Part shown: positions 19,798-29,261 of the stretch, in pieces | Numbering within the stretch: the first letter of the stretch is position 1 | How the letters are laid out: every line of letters begins with the position of its first letter | DNA from: Candidatus Parvarchaeum acidophilus ARMAN-5 | GTDB lineage: Archaea; Nanobdellota; Nanobdellia; Parvarchaeales; Parvarchaeaceae | Direction: 5' to 3' | DNA length: 64,000 bases | Assembly: GCA_002412085.1 (NCBI GenBank) | Contig: GG745546.1 | Location: 1,390 to 65,389, forward strand | Position numbers and translations under genes: made by a program | Notes under the pieces: generated by a model | What the model was told of the DNA's origin: nothing | Database searches by the model: none | What the model saw: the letters and a program-made list of their open reading frames with translations, nothing else

Positions 19798-20667
19798 TTC
19801 CCTTGCCTCTTTAAGTTCATATCCTGTAAATAAGAAATCTCCTTCGCTTGAAATCAGTATTGATTTTCCATCGTTTTTACTAAAAAGATAATCTCCCGCT
19901 ACTTTACTGCCCTTTATCTTTTCGCTTGCGCGTTTTAAATCGATGTGTGTGTTAGATGAGAATTTTATACCGGCGGCGCATACTTGTATCAGCGCACTAT
20001 CGTCTATTTTAAATGAATGCTTGGAACACTCTTCGCATTGCGGATCCTTATTTATGTTAACTGACATTTCTTTTCCTTTTGAAATGTTTAGTATGCGTAC
20101 ACTTCCTCCGTAAATTTTATCTTTTATGAAACTAAGAATATTGTCTTTTATAAAAGAAATCGTTTTATCGGAAAGCGGAGAGATTATAGAATCGCATCCT
20201 TCTTTTACTTTTCCGTTAGAATTTCTATATATACAGTTAAAGCAGGCATTGCCGTCATTATAAAAATATAAGAAAACCTCTTTTTCATTTATTGAAGCGA
20301 AAACGGCAGGTATCCCTTTATTTACTGCTGCTTTGTTTATAACAAGCCTGCTTTTTAGGTTGTCGGTAAAATCTATGACATAATCATATTCTTTTAATAT
20401 GTCTTCGTCTCTCTCCATGAAGTACCGGTTATAAAAGACATACTCCGAAGTCTTGTCTTTCTCACCCATCTTATTTGCAGCAAATTCTGCTTTTGATAAA
20501 GGAATTTCGAAATTGCACCCTTCATAAAAAGGCTGAGTTTTTAGATTATCTTTGGTTATTATATCTCCATCGAAAATCCCTACCTTTGAAAATTCGCCGG
20601 ATATTGAATCGAGAAAGGATGAACCCAATGCCCCTGCACCAACTATCAATATTCTCTTCTCTTTCAT
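19774..20667 (-). CDS. E1-like adenylyltransferase (ThiF/MoeB/UbaA family) with Zn-binding CxxC pairs.
   Basis: ILIVGAGALGSS nucleotide-binding loop. The DGDIITKDNL and CFNC / CEEC cysteine pairs are typical of MoeB/ThiF/UbaA. Confidence 0.75.
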   Translation of the reverse strand: MKEKRILIVGAGALGSSFLDSISGEFSKVGIFDGDIITKDNLKTQPFYEGCNFEIPLSKAEFAANKMGEKDKTSEYVFYNRYFMERDEDILKEYDYVIDFTDNLKSRLVINKAAVNKGIPAVFASINEKEVFLYFYNDGNACFNCIYRNSNGKVKEGCDSIISPLSDKTISFIKDNILSFIKDKIYGGSVRILNISKGKEMSVNINKDPQCEECSKHSFKIDDSALIQVCAAGIKFSSNTHIDLKRASEKIKGSKVAGDYLFSKNDGKSILISSEGDFLFTGYELKEARELLSFLKQ

Positions 20668-20761
20668 TTCCTAAGGTTATAGACAAATCTATTTAAATAC
20701 ACACTATGTCTAAATCAGATAAATAAATATATTTATACTATACGCAAACCTATTATTCAAT

Positions 20762-21301
20762 ATGTACGAAATAATAACCTTGAGAGATAAAATAAGAGTC
20801 GACCCAAGTAAACTTGGAGAAAACCGGGATGAAGCCGTAAAAGAAATAATAAAGCATGATTATGTCGGCAGAATAATAGATGAAAAGGCCCTTATTATCG
20901 GTGTAATCGGAATAGATAGCATAGATGAAGGGATAATAATTCCAAACGACGCTTCGATATATTACAATACAGTATTTAGAGCTATTGCATATACTCCAGT
21001 ATTACATGAAACCGTAAGAGGACAGGTAACTGACATAAGCGAGATTGGAGCTGTCGTTAATATAGGCCCTATAGATGGACTTGTACACATATCACAAACT
21101 ATGGATGATTTCGTAGACTTTTCAAAGAATACCCTTACCGGAAGAAGAACTAAAGCAAGTATAAAGGCAGGCGATACTGTACTAGCTAGCATAATAGCGG
21201 TAAGCACAAAAGGGATAATGAAAGTAGGGCTTACAATGCGTTCCATAGGGTTAGGAAAACCAGGTTCAAAGAAGAAAGAGAAGGAGGCCAGCAATAAGTG
21301 A
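20762..21301 (+). CDS. rpoE: DNA-directed RNA polymerase subunit E' (Rpo7).
   Basis: MYEI..LRDKIRVDP start and S1-like domain. Followed by spt4 as in most archaea. Confidence 0.85.
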   Translation: MYEIITLRDKIRVDPSKLGENRDEAVKEIIKHDYVGRIIDEKALIIGVIGIDSIDEGIIIPNDASIYYNTVFRAIAYTPVLHETVRGQVTDISEIGAVVNIGPIDGLVHISQTMDDFVDFSKNTLTGRRTKASIKAGDTVLASIIAVSTKGIMKVGLTMRSIGLGKPGSKKKEKEASNK

Positions 21302-21302
21302 T

Positions 21303-21488
21303 ATGGCAGTAAAAGCATGCAAAGTATGTAATTACTTGTCTGATGAAAAAAAATGCCCTGCATGTGGAAGCGATGATTTATCGCTAAGATGGAAAGGAGT
21401 TATAATAATAGCTGACAGCGAAAAATCAGCAATAGCAAAAGAAATCAATATAGGTAAAAATGGCAGATATGCCATAACTGTGGAATAA
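21303..21488 (+). CDS. spt4: Transcription elongation factor Spt4 (RpoE'').
   Basis: CKVCNY...CPACGS zinc ribbon. 61 aa. Position after rpo7. Confidence 0.8.
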   Translation: MAVKACKVCNYLSDEKKCPACGSDDLSLRWKGVIIIADSEKSAIAKEINIGKNGRYAITVE

Positions 21489-21791
21489 ATGGAACTAAAA
21501 ATAGAATCAAATAAGAATGATATGTATTTTGACAGAGACATAATTGAGTTCAGAATAAAACTGGAAAGCGGCGAAATGGCGAAAATTGAAGACGTGAAAA
21601 AAGCGCTTGAAGCCCAAGGAGTAAACGGCACTATCCTTATATACACTATAAAGAGTTTATACGGGAAAAATGAAGCCAAAGGGATTGCACATTTATATAA
21701 AGATGAGAAGACCGCAATGAAGGTACTACCTAAATACATACTAAAGAAAAACGGTATTGAAAATGGAAAAGAAGAAACAAAAAAGCAATGA
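21489..21791 (+). CDS. rps24e: 30S ribosomal protein S24e.
   Basis: 100 aa. The C-terminal KGIAHLYKDEKTAMKVLPKYILKKNG matches the S24e signature. Confidence 0.8.
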   Translation: MELKIESNKNDMYFDRDIIEFRIKLESGEMAKIEDVKKALEAQGVNGTILIYTIKSLYGKNEAKGIAHLYKDEKTAMKVLPKYILKKNGIENGKEETKKQ

Positions 21792-21945
21792 GATTTGGAA
21801 ACTGTATAAAGTAGAGAAAGGAGTTCTCACAAGAACTAACAGCACCTGCCCTAAGTGTGGAGCTGGTACTTTCCTCGCAAATCACGGTGACAGGTTGACA
21901 TGCGGCCACTGCGGATACTCTGAATTCAAGAAAAAATCCAAGTAG
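21757..21945 (+). CDS. rps27ae: 30S ribosomal protein S27ae.
   Basis: CPKCGAGTFLANHGDRLTCGHCGY zinc ribbon. Confidence 0.85.
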   Translation: MKMEKKKQKSNEIWKLYKVEKGVLTRTNSTCPKCGAGTFLANHGDRLTCGHCGYSEFKKKSK

Positions 21946-21961
21946 TTATAAAAAAGTATTT

Positions 21962-22537
21962 TTAACTCTTTCTTAAGAATTGTGATAAAAATAATATACA
22001 AGCCGTAGTATCTATTCCTTTTATCTTTCCGGATTTTACCATATCAACTGCTTTTTCTAGAGGTATCCAAACGATATCATCTATCTGTTCGCCAGGATCC
22101 TTGTGCTTTTTACCTTTAGTTAATTGATCTGCGATAAAAAAATGCATTAACTGTTTACTTCTACCGGTCGATATATAACTTTTAAAAAGGCTCTTGATTT
22201 TTTTAGCTTTATACCCCGTTTCTTCCTCCAGCTCACGCGCTGCAGCCTTTATTGGGCTTTCGCCTTTATCCACATAGCCAGCAGGAAGTTCGTACAAGAC
22301 TTTTCCCATAATGGGTCTGAAATGCTTTTCGAAAAGAAGCTCGTTCTTGTTATTGAGAACAGCAACCATAACAACGTCTTTTATAATTAGCTCATAGAAC
22401 TTGTGATCCTTTCCGTTTACTTTTACGTTTTTCCCAGCTACCTTAAAGAAATTTCCCGACGAAAAAAGCACGTCCATAATTATTATAAGTATAATCATTT
22501 CAATGGATCTCTTGACATTGCAAAAAGATAAATCCAA
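21962..22537 (-). CDS. NUDIX hydrolase (ADP-ribose pyrophosphatase-like).
   Basis: Nudix box GESPIKAAARELEEETGY. The true start is probably at an internal Met (MDVLF...). Confidence 0.8.
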   Translation of the reverse strand: MDLSFCNVKRSIEMIILIIIMDVLFSSGNFFKVAGKNVKVNGKDHKFYELIIKDVVMVAVLNNKNELLFEKHFRPIMGKVLYELPAGYVDKGESPIKAAARELEEETGYKAKKIKSLFKSYISTGRSKQLMHFFIADQLTKGKKHKDPGEQIDDIVWIPLEKAVDMVKSGKIKGIDTTACILFLSQFLRKS

Positions 22538-22556
22538 GCAAGATTAAAACAATATC

Positions 22557-23520
22557 ATGAAAGTTCTAGGCATAGAGAGTACAGCGCACACGTTTGGAGT
22601 CGGTATTGTCGACGATGGCAAGATTATAGCAAATGAACGGGATACTCTTAAGCCATTATCAGGAGGTATAATACCCAGAGAAGCCGCTTCTCATCATTAT
22701 AGATTTGCTCCTACAATACTTAAAAAACGCATTGGATAAAAGTGGATTGAAATTAAAAGATAATGATCTTTTGGCTTTCTCACAGGGCCCTGGCATAATA
22801 CCTGCACTAAAAGTAGGATACCAGCTTTCAACGTTCTTATCAAAAAAATATAAAAAAAAGCTTATAGGAGTAAATCACTGTATAGCGCACTTGGAGATAG
22901 CGAGACTATATACTGGAATGAATGACCCGGTAATGCTCTATGTAAGCGGAGGCAATACTCAAGTAATAACTTATTATAACAAAAGTTACATTGTATTCGG
23001 AGAGACTCAGGATATAGGAGTCGGAAACCTTCTTGATAAAACTGGCCGCAGAATGGGTATACCATTTCCCGCCGGACCCGAAATAGAAAAACTTGCAATG
23101 AAAAGTAAAAAGTATATAGAGCTACCCTACAGCATAAAGGGTATGGACGTAAGTTTTTCTGGGTTAGAAACGTTTGTATCGAAATTAATAGGGAAAGAAA
23201 AAAACGAGGATATAGCCTTTTCACTACAGGAAACTGTTTTCTCTATGTTAATAGAAGCCAGTGAAAGGGCTATGGCTTACTGTACGAAAAACAGTCTTGT
23301 TATAACTGGAGGAGTCGCTGCCAACAAACGTATAAACGAGATGGGAAAGATTATGTGCAGAGACAGAAAAGCTAAATTCTCGCCGATACCTATAGAATTT
23401 GCCGGAGACAATGGAGCTATGATAGCGTATACTGGATATCTTATGAGGAATTACAAGCAAGAAGACCTTGAGATACGGCCAAGATTTAGAACGGATACGG
23501 TGGAGATAAATTACAGGTAA
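22557..23520 (+). CDS. kae1: tRNA N6-adenosine threonylcarbamoyltransferase Kae1 (KEOPS catalytic subunit), interrupted by a +1 frameshift in an A-run near 22722-22727.
   Basis: ORFs 22557..22739 ([18 protein letters not shown]...[17 protein letters not shown]) and 22705..23520 (...[22 protein letters not shown]...[11 protein letters not shown]...) are the two halves of Kae1. Removing one A from the A6 run restores ...[11 protein letters not shown].... Confidence 0.85.
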
Positions 23521-23616
23521 ATATGCCAATGAATGCACCGCAGGAGTATTATGATTTAGAAGAGAAATATAGCAAGGAAAAAGACCTCGTCGGAAAAAGA
23601 AGAAATACTTAAAAGA

Positions 23617-24216
23617 ATGCTGGTAATACTGCCAAAACATAAAGGTACTGACAGAGAATTCGCTTCTTTGAAGAGAAGACTGTCTCTGCTAAGAAAAGAG
23701 GCTAGCAGAAAACCATTGGTTCACAAAACCGCAGCAATAAGGAAAAGATGGCCGCGTGTTTCGCTTGTGGGTTATAACTACGATAACCTGCTAAAAACGT
23801 TCAAACTTGCTAGAGTAGATAACATACTATACGGGATAGTTAAAGTAAATAATATACAATTACAGATGATAGCACTCAATGATCCTGAAAAGAACAAAGA
23901 CCTTTTACTTCAAAGCGAAATAATAATATCAAAAAATAAAATAAAAGGATACGAGAATCAGATTGTAACGGATTCTATAGACTTAAGCAGAATCGTTAAA
24001 GATTTCGGAGTTATAGCAGTGTACACGGAAAATTCGGAAGATGCCGTGCCTATGAAAAGAGGAGAAACGGTAAAAGACCTAATCAAAAAATTGCATCTAA
24101 AAGTTGAAAAAAATTCCTATGCTGTCATATTCGGTAATAGCGCAAAATTTCAAGGCCAGAGGGTCGCACTTTCGCATAAGCTCGGAGACATGGATAGGGT
24201 GTTCATAAAAGTATGA
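23617..24216 (+). CDS. DRG/Rbg1-derived protein with a TGS domain but a destroyed and truncated GTPase domain (pseudo-GTPase). Translationally coupled to bud32.
   Basis: N-terminus HKGTDREFASLKRRLSLLRKE matches the DRG N-helix. The P-loop position reads VSLVGYNYDNLLKTF (GxPSVGKST lost). The C-terminus AVIFGNSAKFQGQRVALSHKLGDMDRVFI matches the DRG TGS domain. 199 aa versus ~370 for DRG. Confidence 0.45.
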   Translation: MLVILPKHKGTDREFASLKRRLSLLRKEASRKPLVHKTAAIRKRWPRVSLVGYNYDNLLKTFKLARVDNILYGIVKVNNIQLQMIALNDPEKNKDLLLQSEIIISKNKIKGYENQIVTDSIDLSRIVKDFGVIAVYTENSEDAVPMKRGETVKDLIKKLHLKVEKNSYAVIFGNSAKFQGQRVALSHKLGDMDRVFIKV

Positions 24217-24809
24217 AAATAATAGAAATCGGTTCTGAAGCTACGGTATTCGAAAATAAAGGTATCATCATAAAAAGAAGAAACAGAAAAAAATACAGGA
24301 TAAAAGAGATAGATGAGAAACTTAGAATTAGGAGGACACGCAGTGAATTCCGTATAATGGAAAGACTTTATAGCGCAGGTATTAAGGTTCCTCAACCATT
24401 GAAATTGGACGAAAAAAACATGCAGATAAGTATGAAAAAAATAGATGGGAAAAAACTTGCGGAAAACTTTAAAAAAGAAGACGCGCCTATTATTGGAAAA
24501 CTCGTAGCGATGATGCACAATCAGGGGATAATACACGGTGATTTGACCACTTCAAATATGATAAGAAATAAAGATGATATATACTTAATAGATTTCGGAT
24601 TGAGTTACAGCTCAAAAAAAGACGAAGATTTGGCCAGTGACCTGTTTCTTTTCAAAACTGCACTGAAATCAAAGCACAATGAAGTCTCCTACGAAGCTTT
24701 CAAAGCTTTTATATCTTCTTATAAGACCAACATTGGAAAAGAATTTAAAGGAATAGATACTCATCTTAAAGATATAGAAGAGAGGAGAAGATACAATGAA
24801 AGTTATTAA
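24213..24809 (+). CDS. bud32: KEOPS kinase Bud32 (PRPK).
   Basis: RIO-like minimal kinase with HGDLTTSNM catalytic loop and DFGLS. Positioned after kae1. Confidence 0.8.
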   Translation: MKIIEIGSEATVFENKGIIIKRRNRKKYRIKEIDEKLRIRRTRSEFRIMERLYSAGIKVPQPLKLDEKNMQISMKKIDGKKLAENFKKEDAPIIGKLVAMMHNQGIIHGDLTTSNMIRNKDDIYLIDFGLSYSSKKDEDLASDLFLFKTALKSKHNEVSYEAFKAFISSYKTNIGKEFKGIDTHLKDIEERRRYNESY

Positions 24810-25152
24810 GGTAAAAAACAAGTTTGTGCCGCACTGGCTTAATTATAAGCAGGAAGAAGTAGAGCAGCTTATAGTGAACAAGCATGAGAAGGGTTTCACC
24901 AAGTCGCAGATAGGCACGATATTAAGAGACCAGTATGGCATTCCTTCAATAAAAGAGGTTACAAAGAAGAATACGAGTGTAATTCTCAAAGAGAGAGGAG
25001 TAGAAGAAACCCTCCCTGAGGACTTAATCGCCCTTTACAGAAAAGCAGTAAAACTTCATATTCACGTTGACAAACAGAAAAAAGACAAACATTCTATGAG
25101 AAGCAAAGTAGTCCTTGGAGAACAGAATAAAAAAACTAATAAAGTATTATAA
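24796..25152 (+). CDS. rps15: 30S ribosomal protein S15 (S13e).
   Basis: PHWLNYKQEEVEQLIV...GTILRDQYGIP signature. 118 aa. Confidence 0.85.
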   Translation: MKVIKVKNKFVPHWLNYKQEEVEQLIVNKHEKGFTKSQIGTILRDQYGIPSIKEVTKKNTSVILKERGVEETLPEDLIALYRKAVKLHIHVDKQKKDKHSMRSKVVLGEQNKKTNKVL

Positions 25153-25218
25153 GAAAAAGAAGGTTCTACCAAATGACTTTGCATACTCTTTGGAATCGGC
25201 GAGGTTGATAGTTAAAAT

Positions 25219-25755
25219 ATGAATCAGCCTAATTTATGGTATAAGGTAAAAGCGATCGACTTTGACAATGCCGATATAGGTTCCATATATGGAAACGAAA
25301 CAAACGCCATAAACAGAAAGATACTTGTAAACGCAGGAAATATCCCGGACATAAAGACAAAACAGGGATTTAAACTTGGTTTTAGAGTTATATCCTCTGC
25401 GGAAAACACCGCAAATGCACAGCTAGAATCGCTTGTTCTTTCCAAAGATCAAGTGGGCAGAATGGTAAGACACAATTCTTCAAAACTAGACGTTGTTAGA
25501 AAGGCCCAAATAAATGAGAAGAATTATGCTATAAAGGCCGTAATCATAATAAGCAAAGCTGAGAATAGATACAAAAAATTCGTAAGAGAGGAAGCAAATG
25601 AATTTATAGACGGTTTTGCAAAGAATAAAAACCTAAAAGAACTTGTGCTTGAAGTACTTTCAGGTAAGGTACAGAACCAACTTCACAAAAAACTTAGCAA
25701 GATATATCCTACTAGAGCAGTAGAGATAAGGATGATTGAAAAACTCAATAATTGA
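25219..25755 (+). CDS. rps3ae: 30S ribosomal protein S3Ae (S1e).
   Basis: C-terminal KIYPTRAVEIRMIEKL and overall S3Ae pattern. 178 aa. Confidence 0.85.
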   Translation: MNQPNLWYKVKAIDFDNADIGSIYGNETNAINRKILVNAGNIPDIKTKQGFKLGFRVISSAENTANAQLESLVLSKDQVGRMVRHNSSKLDVVRKAQINEKNYAIKAVIIISKAENRYKKFVREEANEFIDGFAKNKNLKELVLEVLSGKVQNQLHKKLSKIYPTRAVEIRMIEKLNN

Positions 25756-25805
25756 ACTTTAACCGATATCCAAAGATATAAGAATAAATATATTGTATTC
25801 TAATA

Positions 25806-26006
25806 ATGAAAAAAAGCCTTGAGGGACTATTAGAGCCTGAAAGAGATAACAAACACTTTTTATATAGCAAAGTCAACCACTTGCTAAGCGAAAAGCTTGA
25901 TTATCTAAGGCCTTATATAGCTTCTCTGGGAGCTTTGTCACATACGGAGTCGGCAAACTTGGGAGCAACAGATTTTGGCCTTATAAGTGGCACAGAAGTC
26001 AAATAA
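25806..26006 (+). CDS. Hypothetical small protein.
   Basis: ORF only. Confidence 0.2.
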   Translation: MKKSLEGLLEPERDNKHFLYSKVNHLLSEKLDYLRPYIASLGALSHTESANLGATDFGLISGTEVK

Positions 26007-26044
26007 TTCCTTTCGTATATACTAATTTTTTTATAAGCGGAAAG

Positions 26045-26332
26045 ATGTGGTATAACCTAGCACTTTTACAAGAAGGAGCTACTATCAGCGCTTTAGCCGC
26101 TACGGCCAAGGAAAAAATAAAAGCTGCAGTTTATGCGGTCGCATATGAAGCTGGAAGCGCCATAAACGCTTACATGTATTACATAGATTCTTCAAATAAA
26201 TTCATCGCCGGGAACTATGGAACGCTTTGGAATGACGTTTTCTTCTTTTACCAAGTACCAATTTTATTCCTCATGCTTAGAAAATACTTTGGAAAGAACA
26301 AAAAAACATTCGATTTAGATAAACAATATTAA
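26045..26332 (+). CDS. Hypothetical small protein.
   Basis: ORF only. Confidence 0.2.
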   Translation: MWYNLALLQEGATISALAATAKEKIKAAVYAVAYEAGSAINAYMYYIDSSNKFIAGNYGTLWNDVFFFYQVPILFLMLRKYFGKNKKTFDLDKQY

Positions 26333-26486
26333 TTTTAAATAAATGCAAGAAAGGGCATTTTACAGTAAATAAAACGTTTTAAAGGCTTTATGCAAACATT
26401 TTAATAAATAAGAAAAGAATATCCAAATATTAAAATTATTTCGAATAAGTATTAATTTATTAACAATATATCTAAGGTAGATATGT

Positions 26487-26559
26487 GGGCTCGTGGCGCA
26501 ATTGGTAACGCGCTCCCATGGCATGGGAGAGACTTCGGGTTCGAGACCCGACGAGTCCA
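26487..26559 (+). tRNA. tRNA-Ala (anticodon GGC).
   Basis: Cloverleaf: acceptor GGGCUCG with a G3:U70 identity pair, anticodon loop AUGGCAU, T-arm UCGGG-UUCGAGA-CCCGA, discriminator A. No encoded CCA. Upstream AT-rich TATA-like element. Confidence 0.85.
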
Positions 26560-26576
26560 TAAAAATAAATTACCTT

Positions 26577-28931
26577 CTAAAGCTTTTTCTTCAACTCTTC
26601 TAGTGCTTTTCTAGCAGCTTCTTTGTCTTTATTTCCTATTATTGAACCTTGTGCTTTTTTTATCTCGTCTATCTGCCTCTGGGCCACTTTTCCATTGGGA
26701 TTTTGGTATGCTTTCTCTATAAGCGACTGTAATTCTCTTTCTTCCTGTGTTGAGAAAACTCCTGCAACTCTTTTTGCATTATATATATCTACACCTGCCT
26801 GCCTTGATGCCTCTTCATTTTTATCGCCTATTTGCACAACGTCTCTTCTACCCGTTCCATTGGGATTTGATTTAGAAGAAAACCTTGCAAAAAGACTAGG
26901 TTTATTTGATTTCTTAAGTTCCTTCTCAACTTCACGTCTTATATCTTCGGTTGACTTATCATTAGAAAGATTCTTCGCTGCTTTTGCTAAGTTAGCCTGT
27001 TCTTCAAGCATTTGCTTCTGTCTTAGTTCTTCCTGTCTTTGTTGTTCCTCTCTTTCCCTTCTAAGAGATTCTTGTCTAGCCGCCTCTGCAAGTTGCCTCT
27101 GCTCATTCAACATGGCTTCTCTTCTACGTTGATCTTCTTCTGCGTTCCTTCTTGCAGCTTCTGCCATTTGTGCTTGCTCTCTAAGCATGTCTTGTCTTTC
27201 AGCTTCTTTTCTAGCCGCTTCCGCATTTCTTCTTGCAGCTTCTAGCTGTGCCCTTGATAATACACTATCTTCAGACATTTCCTGCCTCGTCTGACGTATC
27301 TGTTCCTTCCTTAAATTCGCAGAGTCTATATCTCCTGGATTAACCTTATTGTTTGTAAGCTTCTTAATTTCTTTATCTGTCTTTTTTATTAGTTTTTCTC
27401 TTGTAGACTTGGAAAGATTTAGACCCCTATCTTGTAACTCCTGTCTTTTCTGAATTAGATCATTCACGTTTTTATTTCTGATATCCTTTGAAATTATATC
27501 ATCATACATTTTTCTTGCTTGCTTATCGGATATTGCTTCTCCCAAAGCCCCATTTCTTGCGGCGTTTGCCATCTGAAACATATCGTTTTGTTTAGCTGCT
27601 TCTTCCTTAGATTTCTGGAGCTCTTTCTTCATTCTCCTCTTTTCAGCCCAACTTATTGGAACTTTACCCTGCTTCTTTAATCTGTCTTCATATATTTTTC
27701 TGGCCTTTCTATCAGACACTGCATTTGAACTTACAGCGCCTGCAAGATCAAACAAATCTCCTGATTCTTTTGTACCCATGTTTTGTACAAAAGTATCCTT
27801 TTGATCCAATGCTTTCTGTTGCTTCTTTAACTGTTTCTTTTCGGCTCTGGACATTTTATAGTTGTCCTTGGCCTTCTTCTTTAAATCAGTCAAAGCCTGG
27901 TCCTTTGAGAAGAATCCAGTTAATTTCTGTAGATCTCTATTATTTGCGAGATCCTTCTTGGAATATTGTGCGGCAGTTAACTTTGTTCTATCTGCAACGT
28001 TCTCCCAGGCTTCTTTCGCCAGCTTATTTTTTAATTGGGCTACTCTTAACTGCTCATTAGGCGTCAAGTTTTTCTTTGAAGCCAGACTTCTGTATTCATT
28101 TAAAATTCCCTGGTTTGCCTGTTTTCTTTTCTCTATTGCTGGTAATACTTTTGCCCTTATTTTATCCTCTTTTGGAGGTTTGTCGACTTTAGGTAACCGA
28201 GGATGTCCAAAAATCAGATAGAGAGCTACTATTATTACTATAGCTAAAGGTATAAGAACTATAGGACTGAAAAAGAAACTTGCAAATCCGGGTATAATCA
28301 ATGTTATAAGCAGAAAAAGAATAAAAGCAAGCACTACACGCAGTGGAAGACTTTTATGGTTGCGTATGCCTCTAAGAATAAGAACTATTATGACTAAGAT
28401 GCTGACAGCTCCTAAAATTATCGGAAGTATGCTTAATATATTGATGTGAAGAAAGCCATTTACAGCGTTAGTAAGTCCGGTATCGTTAGCAAATAAGATA
28501 TATATAAGGAAAAGAGCCGCTATTAATCCCATTAATCTTACAGACATAGGCGATTTTACCAAAGCCAGAATTCCGAGTATAAGCCCTATGAAAGCCAGAA
28601 CTATAAATGTATTTAAAAAGAAATGCAAAAGAACACTATTTGTATACAATACAAGGAAGCTTATCGCCCCAAGTATGACTGCTATTGCTACGCTTCCACT
28701 GGAAAGCTGTGTCCTGTTAAGTGCTATAGCGAATACTATAGCAAGGAATAAGGCAAAAAAAGCCGCATAAATCACTGAATTTGATGAATTTATAGCTCCC
28801 AATGAAAAACCATTAGAAGATGTAGAGCTACTTACTGTAGGCGGAGGAATTGACTGAGCATGCACCGCTGCAACCAGGAAAACTGGTAATATTATAAAGA
28901 TAACTAATAAACCTAGCTTATTCATATACAA
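26577..28931 (-). CDS. Polytopic membrane protein (signal peptide + ~8 TM) with a ~530-aa highly charged coiled-coil tail containing internal repeats.
   Basis: N-terminus MYMNKLGLLVIFIILPVFLVAAVHA, then multiple hydrophobic helices to ~aa 250. The rest is K/E/R/Q-rich with repeated AEAARRNAE / ARK(M/I)Y(D/E)D / AEKxxxKKxxQK units. Confidence 0.5.
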   Translation of the reverse strand: MYMNKLGLLVIFIILPVFLVAAVHAQSIPPPTVSSSTSSNGFSLGAINSSNSVIYAAFFALFLAIVFAIALNRTQLSSGSVAIAVILGAISFLVLYTNSVLLHFFLNTFIVLAFIGLILGILALVKSPMSVRLMGLIAALFLIYILFANDTGLTNAVNGFLHINILSILPIILGAVSILVIIVLILRGIRNHKSLPLRVVLAFILFLLITLIIPGFASFFFSPIVLIPLAIVIIVALYLIFGHPRLPKVDKPPKEDKIRAKVLPAIEKRKQANQGILNEYRSLASKKNLTPNEQLRVAQLKNKLAKEAWENVADRTKLTAAQYSKKDLANNRDLQKLTGFFSKDQALTDLKKKAKDNYKMSRAEKKQLKKQQKALDQKDTFVQNMGTKESGDLFDLAGAVSSNAVSDRKARKIYEDRLKKQGKVPISWAEKRRMKKELQKSKEEAAKQNDMFQMANAARNGALGEAISDKQARKMYDDIISKDIRNKNVNDLIQKRQELQDRGLNLSKSTREKLIKKTDKEIKKLTNNKVNPGDIDSANLRKEQIRQTRQEMSEDSVLSRAQLEAARRNAEAARKEAERQDMLREQAQMAEAARRNAEEDQRRREAMLNEQRQLAEAARQESLRREREEQQRQEELRQKQMLEEQANLAKAAKNLSNDKSTEDIRREVEKELKKSNKPSLFARFSSKSNPNGTGRRDVVQIGDKNEEASRQAGVDIYNAKRVAGVFSTQEERELQSLIEKAYQNPNGKVAQRQIDEIKKAQGSIIGNKDKEAARKALEELKKKL

Positions 28932-29018
28932 TTAGTAGATTGATAAACATATAAATTTAGTTTTTTTACATTATACCTAAAAAAGAATGTTTAAAAATTA
29001 GGAATTGCTATTATATAA

Positions 29019-29261
29019 ATGGAAGAACAAAATTCAGAACTTAATACAGGAACTAAAAAGCTTAAGAAAAAGACTGTTGAAGAAGCGCCATCGGAAGAAG
29101 AAACTCTTGCACAATTAGACTTTGAGAAAGGAATGGAATGCCCTAAGTGCAAAGAAAAGAAGATAGTGTCTTGGATGGAACAGACTAGAGCTTCGGATGA
29201 GCCTCCAACCAGATTTTATAAATGCGTTAATTGCGGTTACACCTGGAGAGAATACAGTTGA
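29019..29261 (+). CDS. tfs: TFIIS-type zinc-ribbon protein (transcription factor S / RNAP subunit M-like, C-terminal ribbon only).
   Basis: CPKCKEKKIVSWMEQTRASDEPPTRFYKCVNCGYTWRE is the TFIIS/Rpb9 C-terminal Zn ribbon with the acidic SDEP loop. Confidence 0.6.
   Translation: MEEQNSELNTGTKKLKKKTVEEAPSEEETLAQLDFEKGMECPKCKEKKIVSWMEQTRASDEPPTRFYKCVNCGYTWREYS

Noticed and set aside
26360-26560. 66-aa minus-strand ORF overlapping tRNA-Ala.
   Set aside because: It sits entirely antisense to a clean tRNA-Ala(GGC) and its AT-rich promoter region, so it is a chance ORF.
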